Source: Yuukianura sp. NJ FZ-2021 | Taxonomy: Eukaryota | Assembly: GCA_046563655.1 (NCBI GenBank) | Contig: CM102287.1 | Coordinates: forward strand, 5,084,001-5,148,000 | Length of the DNA: 64,000 nucleotides | Reading direction: 5' to 3' | Part shown: piece after piece, positions 11,201 to 23,300 of the stretch | How positions within the stretch are numbered: position 1 is the stretch's first letter | Layout: every line of letters begins with the position of its first letter | Program-made: the position numbers and the translations under genes | Notes under the pieces: generated by a model | Seen by the model: only the letters and a program-made list of their open reading frames with translations | The model's database searches: none | Told to the model about the DNA's origin: nothing

Positions 11201-13339
11201 ACTACACAAAGTAATTGACGTTAGTTTTTTTTAGTTACCTTCCAATGTTGGAAAGAAAGTCATCGCGGTGACACAGCGTCCTTTCGAGTATATTGGATCA
11301 GTGTAGACATGGTATTCTTCCAGAACAACCGACTGTTCAGTGTACTCGATGTCATGGCCCTTGAGGGCTGTGAGCCCTTTGTAGTCATCTTTGGCCAAAT
11401 TCATCATTTCGTTTTGCAGCAGAGCACGCTGGAGAGCCTTTGTTTTCTAAACAGGAAAAAAGTTATGCGAATGTCTTGCTAAGCTTCACAAATATTCGAG
11501 CATTGGAAAAGTCAAACCTTCACGAGTCCATCCGCCGCCTTTTGCATGATGATCTTCACAAGTTCTGGATCCAGGAACTGATTTTCGTATTGGCAAATCT
11601 TGTTTCGTTTAAACGAAAATCCTGTTTGAGTTGACGCGACTGTTTTCTGCGGCATCACTTGAACTCCGACGTCCAATTGGGCCATTTCCAGCAGCGGCAG
11701 TTTTGTAGGATCAACGGATTCAAATTGAGAGTAAGCGTTGATATTCCCATCAAAAGGTGTGTCAGTGAATTCAAAAGGACGATTGAAGGCTTCGAGGTAT
11801 CGATACGCATGCATTGTAATCTGAGATTCAATAGCTTGTTTCAAATAAGGCGATTATAATCCATTTTAGATTAATCTACGGTTGCGCGGTTACTCCAGCC
11901 CGAATATTTTTGCAGATTAATCCAGCTGCGAAAATGACAAAAGGCAAGAAGGATTGGACATTCATCAAGCGGTCGGAGAACGTTGAGGAGAGGTCAGAGA
12001 AAGTTATCTAGCGGCTGGAGAACGTCATCGAGCGGTTGGTGAAAGTCATCGAGCGGACAGAGAAAGTCATCGAGCGGTTGGTGAAAGTCATCGAGCGGAC
12101 GGAGAAAGTCATCGAGCGGAAGTGAAAACACGGTCAGAGTGACGATTACGATTAGGGAGCACTCCATAAATGAAATGTTGGAATGTGCGTAGCTTTCTCC
12201 AACCGCTCGATGACTTTCTATGACCGCTAGATGACCTTTACCTACCGCTAGGTGAAGCTCTCTGACCGCTGGATGATTTTCTCTTACCACTCGATGACTT
12301 TCTCCGTCCGCTCGATGACTTTCACCAGCCGCTCGATGACTTTCTCCGATCGCTCGATGTCTTTCTATGACCGCTAGATGACTTTCTCTGACCGCTAGAT
12401 GACTTTACGTGACCGCTCGATGGCTTTCCCTGTCTCGTCGCATGGTTTTCTAAACTTGGAATTTCAGATTAATCTGAAAGAATCCTCCTTTTTGTGGATT
12501 CTTTTTTGGGCGATTATAATCGGAAAAATAATCGGGCTGAAGTAACCGCGCAACCGTAGATTAATCTAAAATGGATTATAATCGCCTTATTTGAAACAAG
12601 CTAATGTATTCATAATTTTTCAACTTTCCTCAAGTATGAAATGCACTGGAAAAATGTTGTTGAACGTAAAACTTACCAAAGGACGCTCAGTATATTTCGC
12701 TTCAAGGTCAACTTCGACTTCACTTCCTTGTGTTCTCCAATTCCGCGGAACAATTGAGGCAAGGTTTCTCAAAAACTCCTGGAAAAATATGAAAAAATGA
12801 TCAAAATTTTCATACTACAAGGTAATTTGAAATGAAATTTTTTAGTTTACTTCATCTTTCTTCCTTGGATCATAAAATTCCTTCTTTACTTTCGGAGGAT
12901 TTATAACTAAGTTGCGTCCTTCCAACGAAGTACAGATGAAGTGCGAACATCCTGTGGACCGCGTTTCGTCAACTCCCACGAGAATTGCAAAATCTGGATA
13001 ATGCTGCAAAAGTCCATAAAAAATTTGTTGAAAATTAAGAATTCCAATTAGATTAACATTTTTTATTGCATGTCATACCGTAAGAGCCTCCCGAATCGGA
13101 TAAAACTCCGACGCTTCGCTGTAAATGTAGATGTGAAGCTTGACCCGTTTGACGCTAATGTATTCATGAGGAGGTTGTCGTTCTTGTAAGTTCGAGATTT
13201 CAAACCAGTCCAGTGTTGTCGGAGTTATGTTGATTCCGACGACTCCCGGAAACGTTGACACGTTGACAAATGGAGTCAAATGAGTCGATGGAACCTCCAC
13301 CACGTTCTTTTCCGCATCGGGAATCGAAGTTTCACTCAT
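8265..13339 (-). CDS. DNAI3: Dynein axonemal intermediate chain 3 (WDR63/IC140), multi-exon WD40 protein
   Basis: LDVGVQVMPQKTVASTQT, ALLQNEMMN, FVLFWDMKEPSRPQLMLDAPSDVF, GGCANGQV-VLWDL, WSNTRPGVFFVGTREGSLQVWDL match WDR63. Long acidic C-terminal tail. Confidence 0.88.
11832..12603. mobile_element. Non-autonomous foldback/MITE DNA transposon (about 770 bp) in a WDR63 intron
   Basis: 63-bp perfect terminal inverted repeats (11832-11894 / 12541-12603), extending to about 80 bp with 2 mismatches. TSD reads as TA, or as AAT (11830-32 / 12603-05). No transposase ORF. Confidence 0.9.
11957..12432. repeat. Two oppositely oriented arrays of a 21-bp unit (GAAAGTCATCGAGCGGNNNNN) inside the MITE
   Basis: 6 clear plus 2 degenerate units at 11957-12124; 11 reverse-complement units at 12202-12432. 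Confidence 0.9.
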
Positions 13340-13568
13340 TTTGAGCCGAGTGTAACCCCAGAAGTGCAAAATTGAAATTCAACCGATGACGATGGATGAT
13401 ACTGAACAATGCTGCAGTATTTTGTCCAACGTTAGTTAAAACTATTGTTGATTGCTCAATCGAAAATCGTCCAGTGTATGTAAAAGAAAACTTGCTTGTG
13501 TTTTTCGAGAGTTTGAGTGAATTATGAAAAAGTTGATCGGTGTTGCTGTACTTCAAAACCTGGATTCC

Positions 13569-13582
13569 GTTGTCACGTTAAC
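13569..13582. promoter_or_regulatory. Imperfect X-box-like motif upstream of WDR63
   Basis: GTTGTC-AC-GTTAAC, 230 bp upstream of the ATG; one good half-site. Confidence 0.3.
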
Positions 13583-13797
13583 TAACTCTCTTTCAAAGCT
13601 GTAACCCTGAAATTCAGTAACTGCTCCCAAAAATTTAACGTCTACTTTCCTGTAATCATGAAAATGAGACGAAGAGTTTGATCGATTGATGACGAAGAGG
13701 CAAGGCAAACACGACAACTTTCAAGCAGAGCTTTCATTAGAGTGCTGTTAATCTAAATAGCGCTACGCATTAAAAATATACATGAAAAAAACTGTGA

Positions 13798-15819
13798 TCA
13801 AACTGTGGTCATGTCCTCGTCGTCTCCGGCTTCGCTTTCCTCATCTTCCGATTCCTCTTCCTCTTCTTCGGAAGTTGTTACGTCTTCGTCGTCAGCTTGT
13901 TCCAGACATTTTGGACAATGACATTCAAACAAATAGTGTTCTCTGAAAAGACATTTGAAAAACGAATGAGTTTAGAAGATGTTGAAGAGTTTTCAAATTT
14001 TGAAGATAACTTACTTCAGGTACTTATTCCTTGCGTAGCGTGATCTTTCCAAGTCGCCAAGATCCAAATACGAAATGGTGATTTCCTCTCCAAGTTGAAT
14101 GTCTCTTCTGGCCACAAGCCCAACGATATGATTCTTGAGTGGGAACTTCACTTCTGTGTTGGCAACACAACTATGATTGACCCAACTTTGCAGCGGGTAG
14201 AGAGCGGAACCTTCGTTATCCAGAAAATGGCCCACATCTAAACAACATACGCCAAAGTTTACAAATGAAAAGTTAGTTCAAAGTGAATTAGAAGTCTTAC
14301 GTGCATCCATTTCAGCATAAATTTGATCGATAGAGTCCATGACAGTTTTCTTTTGGTCTTCATCGATGATAAGCTTCTCTACATTCTCAACCCAAGTTGC
14401 AAATGGGCTGGTCCCAACGCCTTGGCCATTCCGTCCCACCAAAATGAACAAATCCAGGAACGCTTCTGGCGTAAGGAACTAAAAAGTACGAAACTACATT
14501 TAAAAATACTGTAGAAATTGATTTGTTGAGTTGACTACATGAATAGGCTCTACATGAATTGCCAACTTTTAAGAACTTACTGCTTGGATATTTTCAAAAT
14601 CCACCACATTCTTCACCATTTCCCGTAAATTGATTATCCGAACCAAGTGCTCTTCTCCCAGCATTCGATGCACTAATTTTTCATTCTCACTCGTCGATGA
14701 ACTACAGAACTTACAAAATAGTGCAAAATAATCAGACATGGATAAACTAATGCTAGTAACATTGAAATTTTGTATTCAAACGTACTGCCAGAAGTCTATT
14801 TCTCAGTGACCCATCTTCATCAAGATGCAGTCTTACAAGCAACTTCACAAGAAGGAAAATGGAAGCTGTCTCTGGGGGATAATGCATCATTCTGCAAAAG
14901 AAACGCAAGTCTTAGAAATTGCTCATTAAATCACTATATTATTCAATCCGACTACCTCCAATACAAATCCAGCACTTTCTGTGGATGCGTTTCCGGTGGA
15001 TCCTTGGTCCCAATGCATAAAATGGAATGGTACTCAGCCCAAGCTCTAGTTTTACATTCTGCACTACAGTAAAATGCCTACAGCAAACAAAACAAATACA
15101 AAATTAGCAAAAACGTGAGCATTTACGCACTAAACTAAGCTAAGCAGGATTATGGACAGCCATTTTAAAAAGGTTACTAGCTAATCAAATCACCTCGCAA
15201 TTTTCACAAGGGACTACAAGCTCTTTCTTGGTTTCGCAACACTCCGGAAACGGAAGTTGAATTGATGAATTTCCAGTGAGGCGTTGAGCATTCTCTTCCG
15301 CAGTTTCCAAAGCTCTGTAAATAAAAAAAACAGTGTCAGCAGCCATACTTTTGGAGTGAGCAAGTGCTAAAACAGTGTTTTGTACTTAAATTAAGACTTA
15401 CCTCATGCAATATTCACAGGCTTTGTACTTGTACATACAGTTCCAAGCAAATTGGCACGTCACCATTGGAGTGTCCATGAAAACAATTTCTCCTTCGGCA
15501 TAGCTCCTGGTAGCAAACACTCCTTTACCCTATATCATAATCAACTGAAACTGATCGCTTAAAATCAATGAATCTTATTCTAAAAACAAAATTCGAAATC
15601 ATCTTTTACAATCTCTGCATCGACAGTTCGAATTTCAATTCCATCCCAAGAACTGGCGACAGTAGGAATCGTATGAGCGACACCCATAGACGCTGACAGT
15701 CTCCGTTGGTCAGTTTTGACGCTTGATGAACTGTGAGCGTCTTTTGGCAGCATATTAGCGCCACCATCACCAGCTCCAACAGAATTTGGGCCAGGTCCAA
15801 CCATTTTTGTAATTTCCAT
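13798..15819 (-). CDS. SMYD5: SET and MYND domain lysine methyltransferase 5
   Basis: [99 protein letters not shown], acidic tail. Confidence 0.93.
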
Positions 15820-16239
15820 CAGCAGAATCTAAAGATGATGAGGACGCGATGATGTGACGGCAGAATTTATTTCCCACAAATGCAACTGCAACCTGAAAAA
15901 TAACAAAAATTTAGTTTAGTAAAACGGGTAAAATTGATCTTAGTGATTCCCAGACCATTGTACAAGTTAGACTAAAACTAACACATAAGCAACTTACTGG
16001 AACAGCGCGAAAGCAAAAACAGCCTCATTTAAGAGACCACTTTATACAGAAGTGCTTTTCTGTGTGTCTTGTCCCTGGACGAAATAGACATTGACATCTT
16101 GAGCACCTGTCTCTTGTGTATCTCTGTTACCCGGAAAAATTAAGCAAGAGAAAGAGACATAAATAAGAATTGATCCAAGTTATTGATCCGCCTCTTCCTC
16201 TTTTCACGGTCAAAACTTTCCATTGGCCTTGCTAAAATT

Positions 16240-16349
16240 ATGGCCAGCAGAATCCTGACTGTCGGACACTGTTGTTTAGATGACATTTTCCATGTTCTAA
16301 ACTACCCACCGGAAGATGCAACCATTGGCACAAGGACAACACCCAACAG
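16240..16349 (+). CDS. KHK: Alternative, duplicated first coding exon of ketohexokinase
   Basis: MASRILTVGHCCLDDIFHVLNYPPEDATIGTRTTPN is homologous to the KHK N-terminus. Phase-2 donor at 16350 is compatible with the acceptor before 16727. Confidence 0.65.
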
Positions 16350-16560
16350 GTTGGAAAATGTTAATTGAGAAAACTAATCCAACAAATTCAATTTAACCTT
16401 TGAGAGAGATTGGAAGATCCAAAGCATCGCGAAATTTAAACATAAGATTAAAACTCATCTGTAGCAAAGTTCAACGGCAAGGTCATCCTTCTCCTCATCT
16501 TTCTTTTTCATAGTCTTTTTAAAAAAGTAAGCCGAGCATCAAGTTTAAACTAAAATCGAA

Positions 16561-18032
16561 ATGAGCAGAAGCATTCTAGTTGTTGGACTAAATTGTGCAG
16601 ATTGGGTACAGTTCCTTCCGAAATTCCCCCTTGAGGATAGTGACCAAAGGTGAAAGTCAACCAATGTCAAATTTTTGCGGTTTTGGACTTCTAGCCTAAT
16701 TAAAAATTGCCTAATTATTCCTCTAGATGTGTCGATCAGAGCTGGGAAAGAGGCGGAAACGCTTCCAACAGTGCCACTGTCTTGGCAGTACTCGGAGCCG
16801 AAGTTGAGTTTTTAGGAACTCTGGCAGCAGATCATCTTAAAAAGTAAAGCAAACGTTATCCAGATGACCTTTGACCTCAATCACATTCACAACTATGAAC
16901 TCATCATCAAAATTTAGATTCTTCCTAGACGACATGGACTCTTGTGGGATCAAGCGTGACCATTGTCCAATTCTGGAATCCCGCAAAGCTGCCATCTCTT
17001 CCGTCATCTGCAGTCTGGAAACAGGCTCAAGAACAATCATACATTGGGCTGGAGATCTACCGGAACTAACTTATGAACAATTTCAGCAAATTCAACCGGA
17101 TAGTTACAAGTGGATGCATTTCGAGGTATGAGACTTTTATACATATGAATTACAAATCTTCTCCAATGGCCTAGCCTAGCAGTACTCCTTCCAACGATCA
17201 ATCAACGTTTTAGGGTAGAAATGAAGCCGAAGTATTGAAAATGGTCGCCCAAATCCAAGAGTACAACAAGCATTACTTAACGGAATGCGATGAGGATGCT
17301 GCCGACAACATTCCAAACTACAAACGAAAGAAAGTTCCAGTGTCAATTGAGGTTGCTGCAAATTATAAGATTCAAACCAAAGTTACTTACTTACAAGGTT
17401 ACAAAGTTACTTTTCTTTAGTTTAGCCTGACTATTGTTTCAGATTGAAAAACGAATAGAAACGATTTCCGTGCTGCTTCCATACGCAGACGTGGCCTTCA
17501 TTGGTAAAGAACACGCTATGATGAAAGGCGCAAACGATCCTGTAACCGCAGCTAAAATATTTTCGGAGCAGCTTGCTAAGGGGTAAGTACGTAGCTCCGT
17601 TAATCAAATTATTCAGGAAAAATCGTTTCTGGAGGCGGCTTAAACGATGTCTTATGTTTCTCACAGAACTCTAGTAATTTGTCCATGGGGAGACCAAGGA
17701 GCAGCTTTCATGGTTGCAGGAGACTCCATCGACAAAATCAAAAAAGTCGACGCATATCCTCCAGTGAAAATCATTGATTCCCTAGGTAAGTTTTGTTCAA
17801 ATTCTAAGGACATCCTGCTGTGAGAAATACTGCCACTAATTTTCCGGGTTTATTCATACCATGCAATTCAGGAGCCGGAGACACGTTCAATTCAGCGGTT
17901 ATCTATGCCCTAAGCAAAAACATTTCAATAGAAGACAGTGTTCGATTCGGATGCAGAATCGCTGGAGCTAAATTGGGATTACGCGGATTTCGACAAATTG
18001 CTCAACTGCCCTTGGCTGAATATTTGCCTTGA
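16561..18032 (+). CDS. KHK: Ketohexokinase (PfkB family), 7 exons
   Basis: [72 protein letters not shown]. Confidence 0.92.
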
Positions 18033-18572
18033 AACCGAGTCAATAAATGTTCAATTTTTCAGTTCGGTTTGATTTACAAATCAAAAAATCAACTGTCACT
18101 GTCAATCAGTGAATCAAATGAATATGAAGCAGCTAATCCTGATTAGTCTTTACGACGATTTCAAAGACTTACCAAGAACGATACCAATTCTTGTTCCGTG
18201 TGATCAAGGTTAAATTTAAGAACAAAACCCACAGGAACAACACAATTACTAATCGATTGACTACACTAATCACACACAGCGAATTATTTTCACCATGAAA
18301 AACAAACACGTGTTTTGGTTATTCACTCTTTTCATGGGATTTCTGCAATTTCAATTTGCGGAATTTGAATTTTGACACAATTTCCGGTTTCCCGCTTTTT
18401 TCGAAGTTGTTGAGAATCAAAGCGTCACTTTCTTTTTCTGTCTCACTTTCACCAGTTTTGTTAAGTGAAAGTAATCTACTGACTTTACTACTTAGTAACT
18501 CGTATTTGTTGTTGTTTATCTTTTTCTGATGTAATTCAATCATTAAGTTTTAATTGAAATTGTTCTTGTATT

Positions 18573-21500
18573 TTACTCTCCAAAGTAATAGTTCCAATCG
18601 TCTTCTTCTGCCTTGGTCTCCATTTGTTTCTGAACAAGCGTAGCAGAGATCTTGGGTGGACGAGAACGAAAAGCCACCTTTCTCCCTTTCTAAAAAGACA
18701 GTGAAATTTTGAATTATTGAAGATTTAGATTTTGAAATCAAAGCAAATCCGCTATAATAATTTTCGCTACCGCTTGCTTAGCAGGTGCTTTGGCTCTTTC
18801 CAGACTTTTTGCAACACGTTCACTTCTATGCTTGTTTCTAATGGCCTCTTGTTCTCGACGTTCCGTTTCACGACGTTCTTTCTCCAAGCCCTACGAATTT
18901 AAATTAATTTATGAATTTTGAGAAATCATGAAAAAGTTTAATAATTTTCTTACTCGTGATATTTTGACGACGACGTCCGTTGGAATACTTTCCAAATCCT
19001 TAACGACATCCTCAAAGTTCTTTTCAATCGAAGTGAGCATAAGGACGGTAGAGAGATGAGCACTGTTTGTTCCGACACAAGTCTTATACAGTTTGTCCAC
19101 ATGCTTCCGAAGTAATTTCAGCAATTTCTCTTGACTCTTCACATCGTAGTAACCACCAGTAAACATGCTGCGGTAAAAAGGTCAAGATTAGTTAAGAATC
19201 TAAACACAACTTTGTTCAACTTTTGTTCTTTGAAACTCTGTGCTAATTTCAATTCTTACTCGATGAGTAGATTCAATGTTTCGATTTGTTCGTTCGTCTT
19301 CTGCATTTGAATTTCGATATCGTTGATGACGTCTCGCAGACGTCGCGACTTTCCCTCGCTTCCTTTCTGCAAACGAAAGAAAGATGTTGAAGATGTTTTA
19401 ACATTTCACCATCGCAGTTTTCACCTGTCGTAAACAAATTCAGTGAAGTTTTTCCTTACCCGACTTTCACGAATACGGTGCTCCAGCTCTTCCAGTGCTT
19501 CTTCGTTGATTTGGGCGTGTTGAATCAGCGACAAATTTTGCTCCTCCACGTCCACATAAATGTCCAACAGTTGTGAAGGACGAGTGAACACCAGCCCTGA
19601 AAGTTAAAAAAAAAAAGAAGAAGATATCATTTGTAGCGTTTTGCAATTTTTTTTTTCAAATTTTCAATTTTTTTTTTCAAAATTTTACCAGCCAATTCCT
19701 CCTTGTCAGTTCGTTCATCTCCACCGACAAGATTCAGTTCCTGGAGAAGAGCTTGCTCGTCAAATCCATCGTCTTGATCAGCTAAAAACATATAATTGTT
19801 GAATTTTTAACTTTTTATGTAAAACACATTTTAAAAAAAAATGCAAGTTAAAAGATGAACCAGCAGCAGCAAGCATGTTGATAATCGAATTGACCCGAGA
19901 GGCCATTGGAACTTTGAGGCTCTGAGCATGCGCCTCTGCTTGAAGCTTTTGAAGAAACTCAGCACTTTCGGTGTTAGCTAAAGCAGTAAAGCATAATAAA
20001 TTGTGCAAATTAAACAAAAAGTATTACTAAAATGATTTTAGTATCAGTATAATTATTTTTATAGAAATATTTTTACAGCCTGGAGCATTCTTTCTGAACT
20101 GGGATCCAATAAATTCTTTGTTCTTTTCTTTCACAGCCTTTTTCGCTTGCTTGAGCGTCATTCCCTCTCGGAGAAAACCTGCCAAATCTTCTTTGATTTG
20201 TTGTTGACGCTAGGAAAACAAAGTTCAAAAAACAAAAATTCAATAAAAAAGTGCCAAATTTTCAAAAAATTACGCTTTTTTTTAGAAAAAGCTCACCCGC
20301 TCCAATCGGTATTTGTCCTCTTCGTCGCGTCGCATGAGTTCACGAGCCACATTGTCCAGAAACTGCATGTAGAATTTACATTCGCGCAGATTTTCGTTAA
20401 GGGTGGTGATCTCGGATTTCATAGATGAAGTTTCCAAGTTCAAGTTCCGGCTTTGCTCGGTCAAAACGATGTTTTCTTTCAGTTTTTCTTCAGCTCTGAA
20501 ATTCAAGGTCAAAGTTCAAAATTTTGAAGTTGTCAACTGAAAAAAACTTACACTTTGGCAGCTTGGTTCTTAGCATCTTCGGTTTCTCGTAAGAAGACAT
20601 CCAGACTTTCAGCGGCGTAGTTTGACAAGTACTCGTAGTTCTTCAGAGCAATTTCTTCAGCTTCTTCTTGCTCCCTCAACTGTTCAATTGCTTTGCGTCG
20701 TGCGTAAATTCCATACTAAAGAAACATGTAGGCTAGTTTAACCTGAGTTTGAATTGTTACTTAAAGTTAATTGATCTTAAGATTTAGTTAATTTAAAAAA
20801 AGTTAGTCCGTACTCACTTCGCTGTAGAAGATGTCTTTCCGATGCTTTGCATAATTAGCATGAAGCTTCCGCGAAACTTTTTGAATTCTGGTAATGTTCA
20901 AGCCCCTACTAGCTTCCCACATTATGGTGTCGTAGAGGGGGTCATCTAAAAGTTAAAAGTCAAAATTATAGTAAAATCTTTTGAAACTCTAAAATTTTTC
21001 ATAATTTTGAAATATTTGCTTACATGTAATAGCGTTACTCTCCGCAGCCTTGTACGGTTTCACCCGTCGAGTAATTTCTTGTTGAATCAAAGCCATTCCA
21101 TGGAGCTTCTCTTTGCAAGGAATGTTCAGATTTTCCAGTCGTTTCTGTTCCAAAAATAAAAAGAATTTCAAAATTTCAAAATTTTAAAATCCAAAACAGT
21201 TTTTTTCTAGAAAGTTACCTCGAGACGTTCCTCTTCGTGGGCAACCATGAACGCTGGAATGTCGTCTGGAAAGAAAAATGGATTCACGATTTCCTCTTCC
21301 GGCGGCATAACGATCTTAACGTTCTTTCGGATTTCTTCTTTCTTCGGTTTTTCTAGTTTGGCCTTTCGACCTTGACCGATGTTCGGTAAAGCCGGTTCGT
21401 AGTCGGTACAAACTTCAAGGTCAACTGGAGTATACGGTGGGTCGAATCGACGAATCGTCTGGGTACTTGGAAACTGCGTTAAGAGTTTCATGCGCCGGTC

Positions 21501-21899
21501 CTCTGGTAAACTGAGGTCAAAGGTCCTCGTGACCATGTCAGGTAGAGGATACTCAAGTTGTTCCTTGGCAAAGTTCCGTTTTTTCAAGGCCGCTAGAAGA
21601 CGAGCTTGTCGATCGTCAACGACAGAGTCATCTGCGTTTCCATAAAATTTTATAGGCTCCTTCACATCTTCTTGTTCTTCTTCCTCTTCATCTTCTTCTT
21701 CTTCGTCTGGAAAATCAAGTCCTGCGTCAATCTTTGACATGAGGTCATTGTATTGTTCGTAGTCTACGTCCTCATCTTCTTCTTCGTCGCCTTCCTCTTC
21801 TTCATCTTCTTCTCCTTCATTCTGATCACCAACTTCGTCGCCTTCAGCTTTGTGATCGTCGTGTTCATGACCTTTGACCTCAGGATGTCCAGCTTCCAT
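18573..21899 (-). CDS. CFAP100: CFAP100/CCDC37-38 family (DUF4200; MIA complex) ciliary coiled-coil protein with acidic N-terminal extension
   Basis: YGIYARRKAIEQLRE, MKSEITTLNENLRECKFYMQFLD, FTRPSQLLDIYVDVEEQNLSLIQ, MLTSIEKNFE, GRKVAFRSRPP...DWNYYFGE*. Confidence 0.82.
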
Positions 21900-22372
21900 G
21901 ATCGACAGGCGCTGTATTTATATGTTTGTGGGTTTGAACAGAAAAAAAATAGCGTAAAAATAGTGTATGAACTTTTCAAGAACGAAGTTAACAAGTACTT
22001 GAAAAGTTTTAAAATGTGAAACAAGAGAAAGAGAGTAAATTTTCAAATTTTCTTGATCGATTTGAAAAGTTGGACAAAAATTGATCTAACAAACAAATAA
22101 ATGGTCCCTGGGGAAATTATCTTGAAATTCAAAATATTTTTTGAAGAAAAAAAAAGTGTACGTTTTTGCTCGGTGAAATTTTGAAAAAAGTTCCCATCAT
22201 TTGCATCTGCGCTTTGATTTATTTTTGATTTTAAAAAACCATTCACAGTTATTGGAACAGTTTTGAATTTTTGAATCCAAAATTTCAAAATTGGGATTGA
22301 ATAATTTTCAAATAAAACCCTGCTAACATCCATGAACTTAAATTTCTACAATGAACAATGAACAATAGGTTG

Positions 22373-22385
22373 GTTGTCCGATGAC
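22373..22385. promoter_or_regulatory. RFX X-box upstream of CFAP100
   Basis: GTTGTC-C-GATGAC fits GYTRYY-N1-3-RRHRAC, about 475 bp upstream of the ATG (a 5'UTR intron probably intervenes). Confidence 0.45.
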
Positions 22386-23300
22386 ACTGGGGAGTTAATT
22401 GACTTAAGCGTTAATTAGGATTAAGAATTAGTATTAAATTATATTATTAAAAACATATTAAAATATTAATCAGTCATACAGTTCGGTATCGGTAGGCATC
22501 GGTAAGAAAATTCTAGCAGCGTATTTACTGATACACTACAAAAAATTTCTTTTCTAGCTGAAATTCAACTTTGAAATGTTTTTGTTATTTTCAATTCAAA
22601 ATCGCTTAAAAAAGTGTCGTGTAAAATCGATTTCTAGAAAAGAGAAAAAAAGGCGATTGTTGACGATACACTGTTTTAGGGTTTTACGTTAGAACTGGAA
22701 TGATTCGCTGCTGAATTAATACTCAACTCAACTCTTTAAGCTTTGTAATACACCGAGTGTGGAATTTTGAATACGTTTTGAATTATTTTAGAAACCGGTT
22801 GAGCAAATGATTCGGACTTCAGACATAAAAAGTTAAAACGCTTATCCCAATTTGAACAGGAGAGCAAATTACAGTTGGTTTAAATTACAATTAAACTTAA
22901 TTTAACCTACTACGTTTAACAGTTACTGGGAGGCAGTGATTGTTTCAATTTGGTGTAAAACGTAGAAAAATAGGAATAATTACAAAACACTGCAATTTCA
23001 ACTAACTAATTTTTCAAAATCAAGTTCTGAATAAATTCAAACAATGTACTGAAAATGAACACAATCAAACCAGTAGTAGAGAAAATCAATCTCGCCACTT
23101 CCAAGTGTAGACACATTAGGAATTTCTAAACCATCAAAATCGCTTGAGATTTTTAACTTCTGAAATCGCTTTCAATTCGGTAACTAATGTCTTCAAAACC
23201 TCAATTTCTGAAAAACTACCGAAATCCAAAACTGAATCACCCGTAAGAACAAAAACAGACTGGAAGACTATCATTTTAGAACTTACGACACCAAAAACGT

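Noticed and set aside
11957..12432. CRISPR-like appearance of regularly spaced repeats, and ORF 11994-12290
   Set aside because: Contiguous 21-bp tandem units without unique spacers, no cas genes, eukaryotic intron; the ORF is a by-product of the 21-bp period.
16240..18032. Bacterial horizontal transfer of a PfkB kinase
   Set aside because: Multiple spliceosomal introns and animal KHK-specific motifs.
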